Source of the DNA: Candidatus Helarchaeota archaeon
GTDB taxonomy: Archaea; Asgardarchaeota; Lokiarchaeia; Helarchaeales; RDOG01
NCBI GenBank assembly: GCA_019058315.1
Contig: JAHPZH010000005.1
Location: 192,001-256,000 of the forward strand
DNA length: 64,000 nucleotides
Direction: 5' to 3'
The notes beneath the pieces were generated by a model. That model saw nothing but the letters and a program-made list of their open reading frames with translations. It had not been told where the DNA came from and did no database searches. The number at the start of each line of letters is the position of its first letter. The first letter of the stretch is position 1. A program made the position numbers and the translations under genes. Positions 47,159 through 57,132 of the stretch are shown piece after piece.

Positions 47159-49177
47159 ATGAAAAAAAATAAATTATTAATATTCGGAAGCTTATCTTTT
47201 ATTTTATTAACATCCTTCGTTCTCTGTTTTTCTCAAATCTCTATAAACGGTATATCTATTACTTCTACTCCAGATGCAATTCTTTCCTCAAAATGCATTC
47301 TTTGGACAGCTAACGGCACTGCCATTTGCACGGCAAACAATCAGCAAAAAATGCCTCAAATTTGCAGCGATGGTGTAGGCGGTGCGATCATCGCGTGGGT
47401 AGATGAGAGAGATGGAGTAACAGCAGATGACATTTACGCACAGCGAATCAATTCCATTGGAAGTATACAATGGGCTCCTAACGGTGAAGCCATTTGCACG
47501 GCAAGTGATGATCAATTTAGCGTTCAACTCTGCAGTGACGGTGCAGGCGGAGCGATCATCACGTGGATTGATGATGATGGAAGTGATTTCGATATTTACG
47601 CACAGAAAATCAATTCCAGTGGTGGTGTTGAATGGACGGGAAACGGCACTGCAATTTGTACAGATATCAGTTTACAATTCGAACTTCAAATCTGTTCCGA
47701 CGGCGCAGGCGGTGCTATCATCGTATGGAGGGATCTTAGAGACGATGGTGGCGACATTTATGCACAGAAGATCAATTCTAGTGGAGATGTTGAATGGAAC
47801 GGCAATGGTAATACCATTTGCGATCTAACTGGTACCCAAAGTAATCCCCAGATATGTTACGATGGGGCAGGTGGGGCGATAATTACGTGGCAAGATGAGA
47901 GAGATGGACCAACAGTAGATGACATTTACGCACAGCGAATTAAACCCAATGGAACTATACAATGGACCAGTAACGGTATTGCCATTTGTACTGCAGACTA
48001 TCAGCAATTTGCCCCTCAGCTTTGTAGCGACGGTGCGGGTGGTGCGATAATTACGTGGCAAGATGAGAGAGACGGATCAACAGTAGATGACATTTATGCC
48101 CAGCGAATCAACTCGAGCGGAGCCATACAATGGACCGATAATGGCACTACCATTAGCACCGCAGCCAATCAGCAATTGACCCCTCAGCTTTGCAGCGACG
48201 GTGCGGGTGGTGCGGTCATCACGTGGGAAGATGAGAGAAGCGGACCTAATCGTGACATTTACGCTCTGAGAGTCGAATCCAGCGAAGATATTAAGGGGAC
48301 AGCTAACGGCACTGCCATTTGCACGGCAGACAATGGTCAATGGTCCCCTCAGCTTTGCAGCGACGGTGCGGGCGGTGCGATCATCACGTGGGAAGATGAG
48401 AGAGATGGAGCAGCGAATGATGATATTTACACGCAGAGAATCAATTCCATCGGAGGGGTGGAATGGACTGGCAACGGTACTGTAATTTGCATGGCAAACA
48501 GTCAGCAAGCTTACCCTCAAATTTGCAGCAACGGTGCGGGTGGTGCAATCATCACGTGGGAAGATGAGAGAGATGGAGGAGCATTAGACGATATTTATGC
48601 ACAAGGATTCCGGAATGAGTCGGAATTTCCATGGTATTTGTTATTATTGGGGCAAGGAGGGGGAGGAATCATCGAATTCTTACTTTCTGCCTTGGGTCTT
48701 CTCATGATGGCTAGTGTTGGGTTAGCAGCTATTGTGGTTGTCGTGGTATACAAAAATGTAAGTTCAAAGCGTCCAAAAACAAAAAAACTAGATAACATCA
48801 AGACAGAAATTAAAGGCAACAACTTAATATTGAAGTTCAACATAACCAAGGAATTGGGAAAATCCTCCACAGAGAAAACCATCATCGTAGCAAATTCCCA
48901 CGGAGAAGCGCAAATCAAGGATACGGACTTGAATTTCGGCATGTATGCATTTAAATACGAAACTAAAAAGGATGTAAGGGATAAAAAGCCAGAAGCAATG
49001 CAAAATATCGACGTGAAACTGGGTGGAAATACAGCAGTAATCAAGGTAGACATGAGAAGAAATTTTGGACCTTCAAGCACGGGAAAAAGCACGATAGTCG
49101 CATCGTCTAGGGGTAACAAGTTAATTAAAGACTCGGGAATTTATTTCGGTCTGAATGTTTACAAGAAAAAGAAATGA
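47159..49177 (+). CDS. Single-pass surface protein: 8-repeat beta-propeller, TM, duplicated cytoplasmic 'SSTGK' domain
   Basis: Signal peptide; eight DGAGGAII.W.DER repeats; TM; two copies of N....GN...K.....G.SST.K..IVA.S.G...I.D....FG...K. Confidence 0.85.
   Translation: MKKNKLLIFGSLSFILLTSFVLCFSQISINGISITSTPDAILSSKCILWTANGTAICTANNQQKMPQICSDGVGGAIIAWVDERDGVTADDIYAQRINSIGSIQWAPNGEAICTASDDQFSVQLCSDGAGGAIITWIDDDGSDFDIYAQKINSSGGVEWTGNGTAICTDISLQFELQICSDGAGGAIIVWRDLRDDGGDIYAQKINSSGDVEWNGNGNTICDLTGTQSNPQICYDGAGGAIITWQDERDGPTVDDIYAQRIKPNGTIQWTSNGIAICTADYQQFAPQLCSDGAGGAIITWQDERDGSTVDDIYAQRINSSGAIQWTDNGTTISTAANQQLTPQLCSDGAGGAVITWEDERSGPNRDIYALRVESSEDIKGTANGTAICTADNGQWSPQLCSDGAGGAIITWEDERDGAANDDIYTQRINSIGGVEWTGNGTVICMANSQQAYPQICSNGAGGAIITWEDERDGGALDDIYAQGFRNESEFPWYLLLLGQGGGGIIEFLLSALGLLMMASVGLAAIVVVVVYKNVSSKRPKTKKLDNIKTEIKGNNLILKFNITKELGKSSTEKTIIVANSHGEAQIKDTDLNFGMYAFKYETKKDVRDKKPEAMQNIDVKLGGNTAVIKVDMRRNFGPSSTGKSTIVASSRGNKLIKDSGIYFGLNVYKKKK
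47300..48605 (+). repeat. Near-identical intragenic DNA repeats (~160-170 bp unit)
   Basis: e.g. GGACAGCTAACGGCACTGCCATTTGCACGGCA near 47304 and 48297; CAGCTTTG(C/T)AGCGACGGTGCGGG and ATCACGTGGGAAGATGAGAGA recur several times. Confidence 0.8.
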
Positions 49178-49344
49178 TATAATCATTTTTTACTTTATTT
49201 TTCATTTTCAATGATGAACTCATCTTTAACGAGGGATAAAATTCCTGAAAATTGGGTAATTTTTCCTTAAAAATTCTCAATATATTTATTCTTAATTTTC
49301 AGTTCTTGTGGTATTGCTGCTAATTTAACCTACTTTAAATTACT

Positions 49345-50985
49345 TTAAATTTCGTCTTCATCTTCTAAGATACCTGCTTCTTCAGCAAATTTCCCATATC
49401 CCATTCTAATTAATGTTTTGGTTCTTTTATGAAGAACAAAATCGATCCATCCTTCATCTTCGTCAGGTTCATTATAAAAGATTCCAAATTGTTGTGCATA
49501 ATCGGATTTAGTCTCATTTAAAACTAATTTATTAACAGCTTCTGTTGAAACTGCTAATTCTAAATCGGGATCATCTGCCTTACCTGATTTAAGTTCAATT
49601 CCATTCTCTGTACGTAATACATTAAAGCAACATAAAGGATTTTCTTCTTCTAAATCATCAAGTTTTTCATAAATCGCAAAATCTAGATTCGAACCTGTTA
49701 CTAAGTCGGAGAAAATATCCGGATATTTTGCTAAAAATTTCATATATTTTTTTCCAATTTTAAATTCAGTTTCGGAATCATCCAGAATTTGACCTTCCAT
49801 TTCTTTTTCAATTGATCGTAAAAGCATTTCTGAAATATCTAAAATTTCTAAGTTTGCTCCATTTAGACCATCTTTTAGATTCTTTTCACAGAATGGACAA
49901 GCTGAAACAAGAATTTCAATTCCTTTTTCAAGTGCCTCACTATTTCTATTAACAGCGATTTTTTGAGCCAAATCTGGGTCTGATGATTTTACTCCTCCAC
50001 CTGCTCCACAACAATGACTATAATTTCTTAAAGCATCAAGTTCAATAAAATTTGAATTGTTAATTCTTTTTAATAGACTTCTTGGAGCCTCATAAACCCC
50101 GGAATGCCTCCCTAAATGACAAGGATCGTGATAACTTATTTTTTTGTAATGTTTCATTTTAAATTTATAGGAATTTTCATTCAAATATTGATCTAGAAAT
50201 TCAGTTAGATGATAAAATTGAATTGAGCTTTTATCAAGCTCAGCATAATCCATTTTAAAAGTTCTATAACACCCAGCACATGGGAAAATAACCTTCTTAA
50301 TTTTATTCTTTTTAAATAATTCTAAATTTTTTCTCGCTATGGTCTCAAATTCATTTTTATATCCATATCTTTTTAATATTGAACCACAACATGGCTCATT
50401 ATCAATGATAGAATAATCGATCCCTAAATTATCTAAAAGTTCAATAGTAGACAGTGCAATATTTTGTTGGCGATAAGAGGAGGTACAACCTAAAAATACT
50501 AAATATTCAGCATTTGGATTAAATTTTCGACCACTTAATATTTTTGATCTTGTTTCTTTAGGTTCGTTATAAGGATTATTATTTTGTAAAATACTGTCTA
50601 GAATCTTTTGATGCTTTTCTATTTTCAATTCTTGATTAACAAAATCTTGTCGCAAAGCTTCCATTAGTAGAGGTGTATTAATTCCTCCTTCAATTGCTAG
50701 ACAAGTTTCTTTACAACTTCCACAGCCAGTACAGGTATATGCCCATTTCAAAATAGACTCATCAGTTTCCAATTTTTGATCAATCAATTTTTTTAAAATT
50801 AAAATTCTGCCTCTAGCATCATAGGCTTCAAACCCCAATACGTTCTTAACGGGACAAGGTTTTGTTACATGCCTTTTTGCAGTTGTAATTTGAGTGCCGC
50901 TACTACTACAGTCACCACATTTACCGCAATATTCCATCATATCTAGATGTTTTTTTAATTCTGAAAAAATAGCCAAAATGAACAC
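49345..50985 (-). CDS. Fe-S/CCG-domain oxidoreductase subunit (GlcF/GlpC/HdrD-like) with extra C-terminal domain
   Basis: CGKCGDC...CP, CTGCGSCKETC, EPCCG, YHDPCHLGR, HCCGAGGG, ACPFC. Confidence 0.9.
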   Translation of the reverse strand: MFILAIFSELKKHLDMMEYCGKCGDCSSSGTQITTAKRHVTKPCPVKNVLGFEAYDARGRILILKKLIDQKLETDESILKWAYTCTGCGSCKETCLAIEGGINTPLLMEALRQDFVNQELKIEKHQKILDSILQNNNPYNEPKETRSKILSGRKFNPNAEYLVFLGCTSSYRQQNIALSTIELLDNLGIDYSIIDNEPCCGSILKRYGYKNEFETIARKNLELFKKNKIKKVIFPCAGCYRTFKMDYAELDKSSIQFYHLTEFLDQYLNENSYKFKMKHYKKISYHDPCHLGRHSGVYEAPRSLLKRINNSNFIELDALRNYSHCCGAGGGVKSSDPDLAQKIAVNRNSEALEKGIEILVSACPFCEKNLKDGLNGANLEILDISEMLLRSIEKEMEGQILDDSETEFKIGKKYMKFLAKYPDIFSDLVTGSNLDFAIYEKLDDLEEENPLCCFNVLRTENGIELKSGKADDPDLELAVSTEAVNKLVLNETKSDYAQQFGIFYNEPDEDEGWIDFVLHKRTKTLIRMGYGKFAEEAGILEDEDEI

Positions 50986-50991
50986 CTATTT

Positions 50992-52440
50992 TTATAATTC
51001 AAACACCATTGGATGTAAGAGATTTTTTGGATCGAGGGCTTTTTTTAATTTCTTTAAAAGCCCAATAAAGCTTGGATTTACTCTATCAAGTGCATAAGGT
51101 TCCCATAGTTTTCCCGTCCAATAAGGTACGCCTCCAAGCTCCATTTCAATTTCTCTTAATTCCTCCCAAGCTTTATAGACTAAATCTTTCTTATTTTTAT
51201 CTCCCAAAAATATAGTTATCCACCCTGAAGTAAAACAGTGATCCACACCTAATGCACTTATAATCCAATTAAAACCATTTTCTTTAAGTTGATATTTATT
51301 TGCCAAAGCGTGAAACTTTTCAACCAGAATTGGTAATGTAGAAATTGGTCTGATATGACAAGTATTATACCAAAACCCTTCTTCAAAGAGAGATTGGACT
51401 AAATTAAACATATTTAGCCAATGAGCTTTTGATAAAAACATCCCAATTGATTTTCCACCATATTTTCTCACGATTTTCTCACAATATTCCCTTTTTATCT
51501 TTGCTATTTCCTCATCTACTTCTTCTATAATTACAGCTAAAATACAATCAAGATTTTTAAATGTTGAGCGATATGATGAAGCTAATAGATCAATTGAATT
51601 TGTATCTCCTAACATAACTGCTTCTTCAACTAAATGATTACTTTGAATTTCATGAAATGCTTTTGTAGCTTGCTCAAGGTTTGAAAATCCAAAGTCTGCA
51701 TATGCAACTCCTTTCGGAACGGGGAAAATTTTCAATGTAGCGGCTGTTTTTATTCCTAAAGTACCATGATCTCCTAAAAATAAACCCGTTAAATCATTAA
51801 AGGTACAATAACGTGCAAAATTTTCTCTCATAATAGGCTCTTTATTTTTCCAATTACTTCCAGTTTTTATAATCTCCCCATTAGGTAGAACAACTTCTAA
51901 TCCAATCACATTATCACAAGCACCACCATTTGCAGAAGCTCCACAACCTATGGAGTTTGCACTTAATGATCCTCCAACAGTTCCTGCGTTTCCACCATAT
52001 GGTCCTCTAAATCCCAGTTTGTAACCTTTTTCTTTCAATAAATGTATAAGCTCGGACCATGTAATACCAGTTTGAACAGTTACCGTCATAATATCCTCAT
52101 TTAATTCCAAGATTTTAGTCATCTTTGTAATATCAATCATTAAAGCATTATCTACTCTTGGAATTGTTGAACCACTAATAGAACTTCTTCCACCTACTGG
52201 TACAACGGGAATTTGCTTTTCCGTTGCAATTTTCATAATCTTTGAAATATGTTCAGTGGTTTCGGGTCTTACTACAATTTGAGGAAGATTACCTTCAAAA
52301 GGAGAGGCATCTTCCGAATAAGAAATGAGTATAAATTTTTCGGACGAAACATTTTCAGATCCTAAAAATGAAGATAATTCAGAACTTAATTCTTTATTTA
52401 TTTCTAAAACCATATAAACCACCAATTTTTTTATGGCCAA
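50992..52440 (-). CDS. FAD-binding oxidoreductase (GlcD-like)
   Basis: PQIVVRPETTEHI, GTVGG, GLEVVLPNGEII, GDHGTLGI, LDPKNLLHP. Confidence 0.9.
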   Translation of the reverse strand: MAIKKLVVYMVLEINKELSSELSSFLGSENVSSEKFILISYSEDASPFEGNLPQIVVRPETTEHISKIMKIATEKQIPVVPVGGRSSISGSTIPRVDNALMIDITKMTKILELNEDIMTVTVQTGITWSELIHLLKEKGYKLGFRGPYGGNAGTVGGSLSANSIGCGASANGGACDNVIGLEVVLPNGEIIKTGSNWKNKEPIMRENFARYCTFNDLTGLFLGDHGTLGIKTAATLKIFPVPKGVAYADFGFSNLEQATKAFHEIQSNHLVEEAVMLGDTNSIDLLASSYRSTFKNLDCILAVIIEEVDEEIAKIKREYCEKIVRKYGGKSIGMFLSKAHWLNMFNLVQSLFEEGFWYNTCHIRPISTLPILVEKFHALANKYQLKENGFNWIISALGVDHCFTSGWITIFLGDKNKKDLVYKAWEELREIEMELGGVPYWTGKLWEPYALDRVNPSFIGLLKKLKKALDPKNLLHPMVFEL

Positions 52441-53702
52441 TGATTCAATTTGCCGATTTTACCCATTCCCTTAAATAATCGTTTTATTAAACCCTTAATA
52501 AAAGTTCTTCGTCTATAAAGGGCTTTTCCAAAGGTCATATATCCTTTCATTAAAGAGGGAGGACATCCCTTGACAAAAATTGCATCTTTACCTGCCTTTT
52601 GAACATTTTTTCGTTGACAATTTCCCCATAAAATTAATTGTCCTTCATAATCATCAGGTACTTCAGCATGAGCACTTAATAATAATATTTTTTGTCTATA
52701 ATTTGTACCAGCATCATCTCTTAAAGCCCAAACAGGTCCAATATAATTTAACGCACACGTGCTACAAAGATGACCATGAATAACATCTACAGAATCTGGA
52801 GGGAGTTCCAAGATTTCTATTATAGCATCTTTAGTTTCAGCCTCTGTAGGTGCTTTTTCAAATTTTACTTTTACATCCTCTATTTTATCACCAATAACTT
52901 TAATCTTATTTAAATCAGCAATTCCAACACCGTTTTGTTCCGCAAGTTTAATGTGTTCAACTTCTTGAGGTGAAATACCCATGATTTCTGAACTTACGGC
53001 ATCCACAGAAACCGTATTTTTTCCTAATATAATACACCCTACCTCTTTTGGTTTTCCTGTCTGCATAGGTCCAAATCCTTGCAAGCCGACTAGCCCTTCT
53101 ACTAATGTCAAGGTTGGTTTGTTATATTCTAAAAGAATTTTAGATAATTCCGCTATACTTTTACCCAGACCGAATCTATGAAAAATTTTTTTACTTTCGG
53201 AGTGTAAAATTCCTTTTAGATTCTTCATTCCAATACTAACTATTGTGGATCCATGAGTTTTTAACATAGGCATATTAATTAATACTTCGGCATCTAGGAT
53301 GAATTGCGAAATTTGGATCTTCCGATCAAAGAATTTTACTGATTTAAAAGGATATTTGTCAAGATTGATGAGTTTAATATTTGGATCGTTAATAATTTTT
53401 TTCAATTTCATATTTTTATAATTTTTATCTATATTATTATCAACAAATGCACTTTCAGCAACTGTAATTGACTTAGGTTTAAAAGTTTTTAAAGATTGAA
53501 TAACATCAGCAATAAATTGGGGCTTTGTCACTGTCCATTTATTAACTTCTCGCGGTAACCTAGCATCCCAACATGCCAAATTTGGTTTTAGGACAATATC
53601 TTTATTTTCGAACAATTCTGGCTCATTTAGTAGTCCTAGAGCGGATTTCAGCATGTCTGGAGCATCAGTTCCCTTAATGAGAATGACCTCATTTAAATCC
53701 AA
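52431..53702 (-). CDS. DUF362 domain Fe-S protein
   Basis: IVLKPN, INMPMLKTH, MKNLKG, GFGP, VSVDAV; C-terminal CSTC...GNC...VKGCPP. Confidence 0.85.
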   Translation of the reverse strand: MDLNEVILIKGTDAPDMLKSALGLLNEPELFENKDIVLKPNLACWDARLPREVNKWTVTKPQFIADVIQSLKTFKPKSITVAESAFVDNNIDKNYKNMKLKKIINDPNIKLINLDKYPFKSVKFFDRKIQISQFILDAEVLINMPMLKTHGSTIVSIGMKNLKGILHSESKKIFHRFGLGKSIAELSKILLEYNKPTLTLVEGLVGLQGFGPMQTGKPKEVGCIILGKNTVSVDAVSSEIMGISPQEVEHIKLAEQNGVGIADLNKIKVIGDKIEDVKVKFEKAPTEAETKDAIIEILELPPDSVDVIHGHLCSTCALNYIGPVWALRDDAGTNYRQKILLLSAHAEVPDDYEGQLILWGNCQRKNVQKAGKDAIFVKGCPPSLMKGYMTFGKALYRRRTFIKGLIKRLFKGMGKIGKLNHWP

Positions 53703-53886
53703 GAAATAACACCATTTGATTTTGTCTTATTTTCTTCAATTTAAACGAGAGACTGATTTAAATGATATTTATCATTGATGAAATAATTTATTTAGAAAGA
53801 ATATGAATTGAAGATAAATATACAACTCTAGAAAACACAAAATCAAATCAATTAAACAAAGAAAGAAAAATAAGAAAAATAATTTT

Positions 53887-54648
53887 TTATTGAGTTTGAA
53901 CTTTAAAATCTTTCCATAGATAATCAAATATAATTTTTCCTACTCCCCAAGCTAATAATACCCCTGCTATTTCGTCAAGGATATAGTGTTGTTTCACAAA
54001 TAAAGTAGATAATACAACAGCGGCAGCTATAACACAAGTTATAATTGCCAGAACTTTTCTTATTATTGGTTTTGGCGCTTGGGGATGTTCTAATTCTATT
54101 TTCGAATATCTGTACCATGCATAGAAAATAATTACTGAAACTGCAGCATGGAGACTTGGTATACAATTAAACGAAGTATCAATGAGATAATATTCGAACA
54201 TAGTACCTGCCCAAATATTTTGATAAGCCCATTGATTTAACCATAGTTCCAGCCTCCATAAAAATGTTGACACGGGAAAGAAAATGTAAATAATAATAGA
54301 TATTAAATTAATAATCACTAATGACCATCCGAGCGCGTAACCCTTTTCTGAATCAAAGAATCCGAAATATGCCATTGAACTTATTACTGTTGTATAAAAA
54401 ATATAGACATAAACTATTGAGAATTCAGGTATAAATGGAATTGAGTTATCTCCAAGGAAATTTAGTCGATTTCCTTCCCATACAGGATAGATACTTCCCG
54501 TCCAGTTATAAGCTATTGTATTTAAAAGAATAAAAAATATAAGCAACATTAAAATTACATTTGCTATCACATAAGTTAGCCATTTACTCCAACCACTCGA
54601 TTCTCCTTTAAAAAATGCTTTTTCAATCCAATTTTGAAACTTTTCCAT
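53887..54648 (-). CDS. PAP2-superfamily membrane phosphatase/phosphotransferase (AUR1/IPC-synthase-like)
   Basis: NCIPSLHAA and STLFVKQHYILD. Confidence 0.85.
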   Translation of the reverse strand: MEKFQNWIEKAFFKGESSGWSKWLTYVIANVILMLLIFFILLNTIAYNWTGSIYPVWEGNRLNFLGDNSIPFIPEFSIVYVYIFYTTVISSMAYFGFFDSEKGYALGWSLVIINLISIIIYIFFPVSTFLWRLELWLNQWAYQNIWAGTMFEYYLIDTSFNCIPSLHAAVSVIIFYAWYRYSKIELEHPQAPKPIIRKVLAIITCVIAAAVVLSTLFVKQHYILDEIAGVLLAWGVGKIIFDYLWKDFKVQTQ

Positions 54649-54731
54649 AATTGCACCCTAATTTCACAATACAAAATCTAATAATAATTTTTTCATAAAA
54701 AAAAGAATAAAAATTTGAGACGTTTTAGAGG

Positions 54732-56228
54732 TTATAATCGTTCCCAGATCGGTGAAATTCTTTCATCCTTTTCTTTTCCGAGTATAACAGGCGTAATATT
54801 AGCTATCTCACAGTAATAAATTAGTGTTTGAATATAATTTCCATGAACAGCTAATATATGATTACATGGAAAAGTAGATAAAAACTCCTCAAACTTACAA
54901 TTTAATCGAGTCCATACATGAGGCCATGTTGGGTTTGTTTCATCAGCTAATTTTTTACTTTGTTCTTCTGGCAAATCTAAACTTTCGCCTAATACAATAA
55001 CCATATATAGTTTATCATTATCCCATAGTCCTAATCTACAAAACGTCATTTTTCCTGGGGCGGCATCGAACTCTACACTTGCACCTCCTGCTTTAAAATA
55101 CAATTCCAAAGCTGGATGGAAAGTAATTTTAGAAAAATTCTCCTTTGGATCAAAACTGCGACTCGCATAGTAACTTGAGTGGTTACCAGAATTGCAAAAA
55201 TCCCACAAATCTAAATCTGGATGATATAATCTAACATCCATAAATAACGCAGGCAAACCGCCTGAGATATATTTAAGTATTTGCATTGTTATCGCAGCAT
55301 AAGCATCAGCTTCGGTGGAACATACCACTGTCTCTTTTCTGCCATTCCAATCGTAAGGATCATTAGATATCATTTCAGGAACATCCCCTAAGCAAACATA
55401 TTCGGTTAGTTCTCTCTGACCTTTTAGTCCGCAAAAATCAAACCCCTTTTCCTTATTTACCATTTGCATAGCTAGATATAATCTAATTTGGGTTTTTAGT
55501 GTGTCTGGAGTTAAAATTTTTCCATCATACTTTAATCTTTCCCCTAATATATCTTCAAACCACTTTAATCCTTTTTCTACCTCAGCTTCATCAACTTCTT
55601 TCATTTTTTCCAATAACCAAAGTTGATCTATTTGTCGCCCAGTAAGCCCTAGCGTTCTTATGGTTGGTGTAAGATGAAAATACCCTGTTTCCATGCCCAT
55701 AGAATGACCACCATAAATACCGAATACCTCATTTTTCATGGTTGCATAAGCTTGAGAGGCTCTTATCCACGCAAAGACTTTATCTTGTGTCTTTTTATCG
55801 TTAATATCCCCTACAATTCGATGAGTACGAATACCAACTTGACGAAGTGCACCATCAGTTGCAAGTAGACCAACATTTCCAGGGAATTCACCGTTGTTAT
55901 TTGATAAATTTAAAATTGGTTTATCAGTTCCAATGGTTTGAATAAAAGGCCAAACCAAAAATGGAAAATTCCAGACATTATAGCAAAGAATTACAATTTT
56001 TACATTAGCTTTTGTTAGTTCTTCCCCTATTTCTTGAGCTATTCTGACCGAGGTAATAATTTTCGAACCAACTATTATTTCTGGAGAGGTTCCATCTATA
56101 TTTTTTATATTATTTTTAATTAAATCCGCCCATCTTTTTACAACGTTCATATTCAACTCATTATTAGTGCGATAAACGTGTTCTCTTTCATCATTTAACA
56201 TTACTAAGCCAATAGTTGAACTTCTCAT
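54732..56228 (-). CDS. L-fucose/L-arabinose isomerase family protein
   Basis: YNVWNFP, PGNVGLLA, GGHSMGM, KGQRE, TEAD, FMD, DFCNSG, PTWPH, CNH. Confidence 0.85.
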   Translation of the reverse strand: MRSSTIGLVMLNDEREHVYRTNNELNMNVVKRWADLIKNNIKNIDGTSPEIIVGSKIITSVRIAQEIGEELTKANVKIVILCYNVWNFPFLVWPFIQTIGTDKPILNLSNNNGEFPGNVGLLATDGALRQVGIRTHRIVGDINDKKTQDKVFAWIRASQAYATMKNEVFGIYGGHSMGMETGYFHLTPTIRTLGLTGRQIDQLWLLEKMKEVDEAEVEKGLKWFEDILGERLKYDGKILTPDTLKTQIRLYLAMQMVNKEKGFDFCGLKGQRELTEYVCLGDVPEMISNDPYDWNGRKETVVCSTEADAYAAITMQILKYISGGLPALFMDVRLYHPDLDLWDFCNSGNHSSYYASRSFDPKENFSKITFHPALELYFKAGGASVEFDAAPGKMTFCRLGLWDNDKLYMVIVLGESLDLPEEQSKKLADETNPTWPHVWTRLNCKFEEFLSTFPCNHILAVHGNYIQTLIYYCEIANITPVILGKEKDERISPIWERL

Positions 56229-56329
56229 GAGCTCACCTCATAAGCTAATATTTATTTTTAATTTTTATTACTTACAAATTAAGGAAATTTTATTTGATAT
56301 TTTATTTTTGCATTTTACAAAACATTTAA

Positions 56330-56367
56330 ATAGTAGAGATCTACTATCACATTGTAGAGATCTACAA
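56330..56367. promoter_or_regulatory. Tandem palindromic operators, core GTAGAGATCTAC, 21-bp spacing
   Basis: ATAGTAGA-GA-TCTACTAT 56330-56347 and TTGTAGA-GA-TCTACAA 56352-56367, overlapping/adjacent to TATA-like TTTAAATA 56325-56332. Confidence 0.75.
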
Positions 56368-56416
56368 AAAAAGATCTATTAAAATAAAAAAGACAAATCT
56401 AAAAGAGGCATTATTA

Positions 56417-57007
56417 ATGATACATAAAGGAAAAAAGATGAAATATCCGGTTAATAAACAAGTTATAAAAGATTTTGATTTTTTTGGCTTTGCTCCCAAA
56501 ATGTTTAGTCATGTTGAAAAATATTTTAAGCCAAATATGAAAATATTAGACGTTGGGACAGGTAACGGTGTCGTTGCAAGATTTTTAGCTTTAAAACTTA
56601 AAAATGCATCTAATAATTCCGGAAAAGTTTTTTCTATTGATATTTCAGATAAACTACAGGAAGTAATTATGGAAATTCTTGAAGAAGAACAACTCAGCAA
56701 ATATGTGGAATTACTTATTACTGATATAGAAAATAATTCGTTTGAAGACTCATCTTTTGATTTGATTGTGACAGCAAACGCATTACATCATTTTTCAAAC
56801 CCAGAAAAGGCTTTAAATCAAATGTTGAGAATCCTAAAAGATGATGGAATTCTCTGTATGATTGATTGGTCTAAAAAAGCCAGATTTTTACCTCATAAGA
56901 AAGAAGATTTATTTAATTTGGAAGATTTTAAGGAAATAGCTAAATCGAAAAATATCATCGATGAATATTCGGAACGCTTATGGTGGTTTGTGGCACTAAA
57001 AAAATGA
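56417..57007 (+). CDS. Class I SAM-dependent methyltransferase
   Basis: ILDVGTGNG, SIDIS, SFDLIV, ALHHF, RILKDDG. Confidence 0.9.
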   Translation: MIHKGKKMKYPVNKQVIKDFDFFGFAPKMFSHVEKYFKPNMKILDVGTGNGVVARFLALKLKNASNNSGKVFSIDISDKLQEVIMEILEEEQLSKYVELLITDIENNSFEDSSFDLIVTANALHHFSNPEKALNQMLRILKDDGILCMIDWSKKARFLPHKKEDLFNLEDFKEIAKSKNIIDEYSERLWWFVALKK

Positions 57008-57132
57008 TTCTTCAATAACTTATATTCTCAATAATTTTTTTTAATTTTAAAATTATATTCAGAAAAAATATTAGATAAATGGTGGAATTTGAGAATCAAA
57101 CATTTATAAACTTGTTTAATATAATTAAAACC

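Noticed and set aside
49066-49095. GPSSTGKS as Walker A P-loop
   Set aside because: Matches GxxxxGKS by pattern, but sits in a ~58-aa beta-rich repeat too small for an NTPase fold, and the first copy has TEK instead of TGK
47288-49119. Several alternative-frame and antisense ORFs in the propeller gene
   Set aside because: Expected by-product of GC-richer repetitive coding sequence
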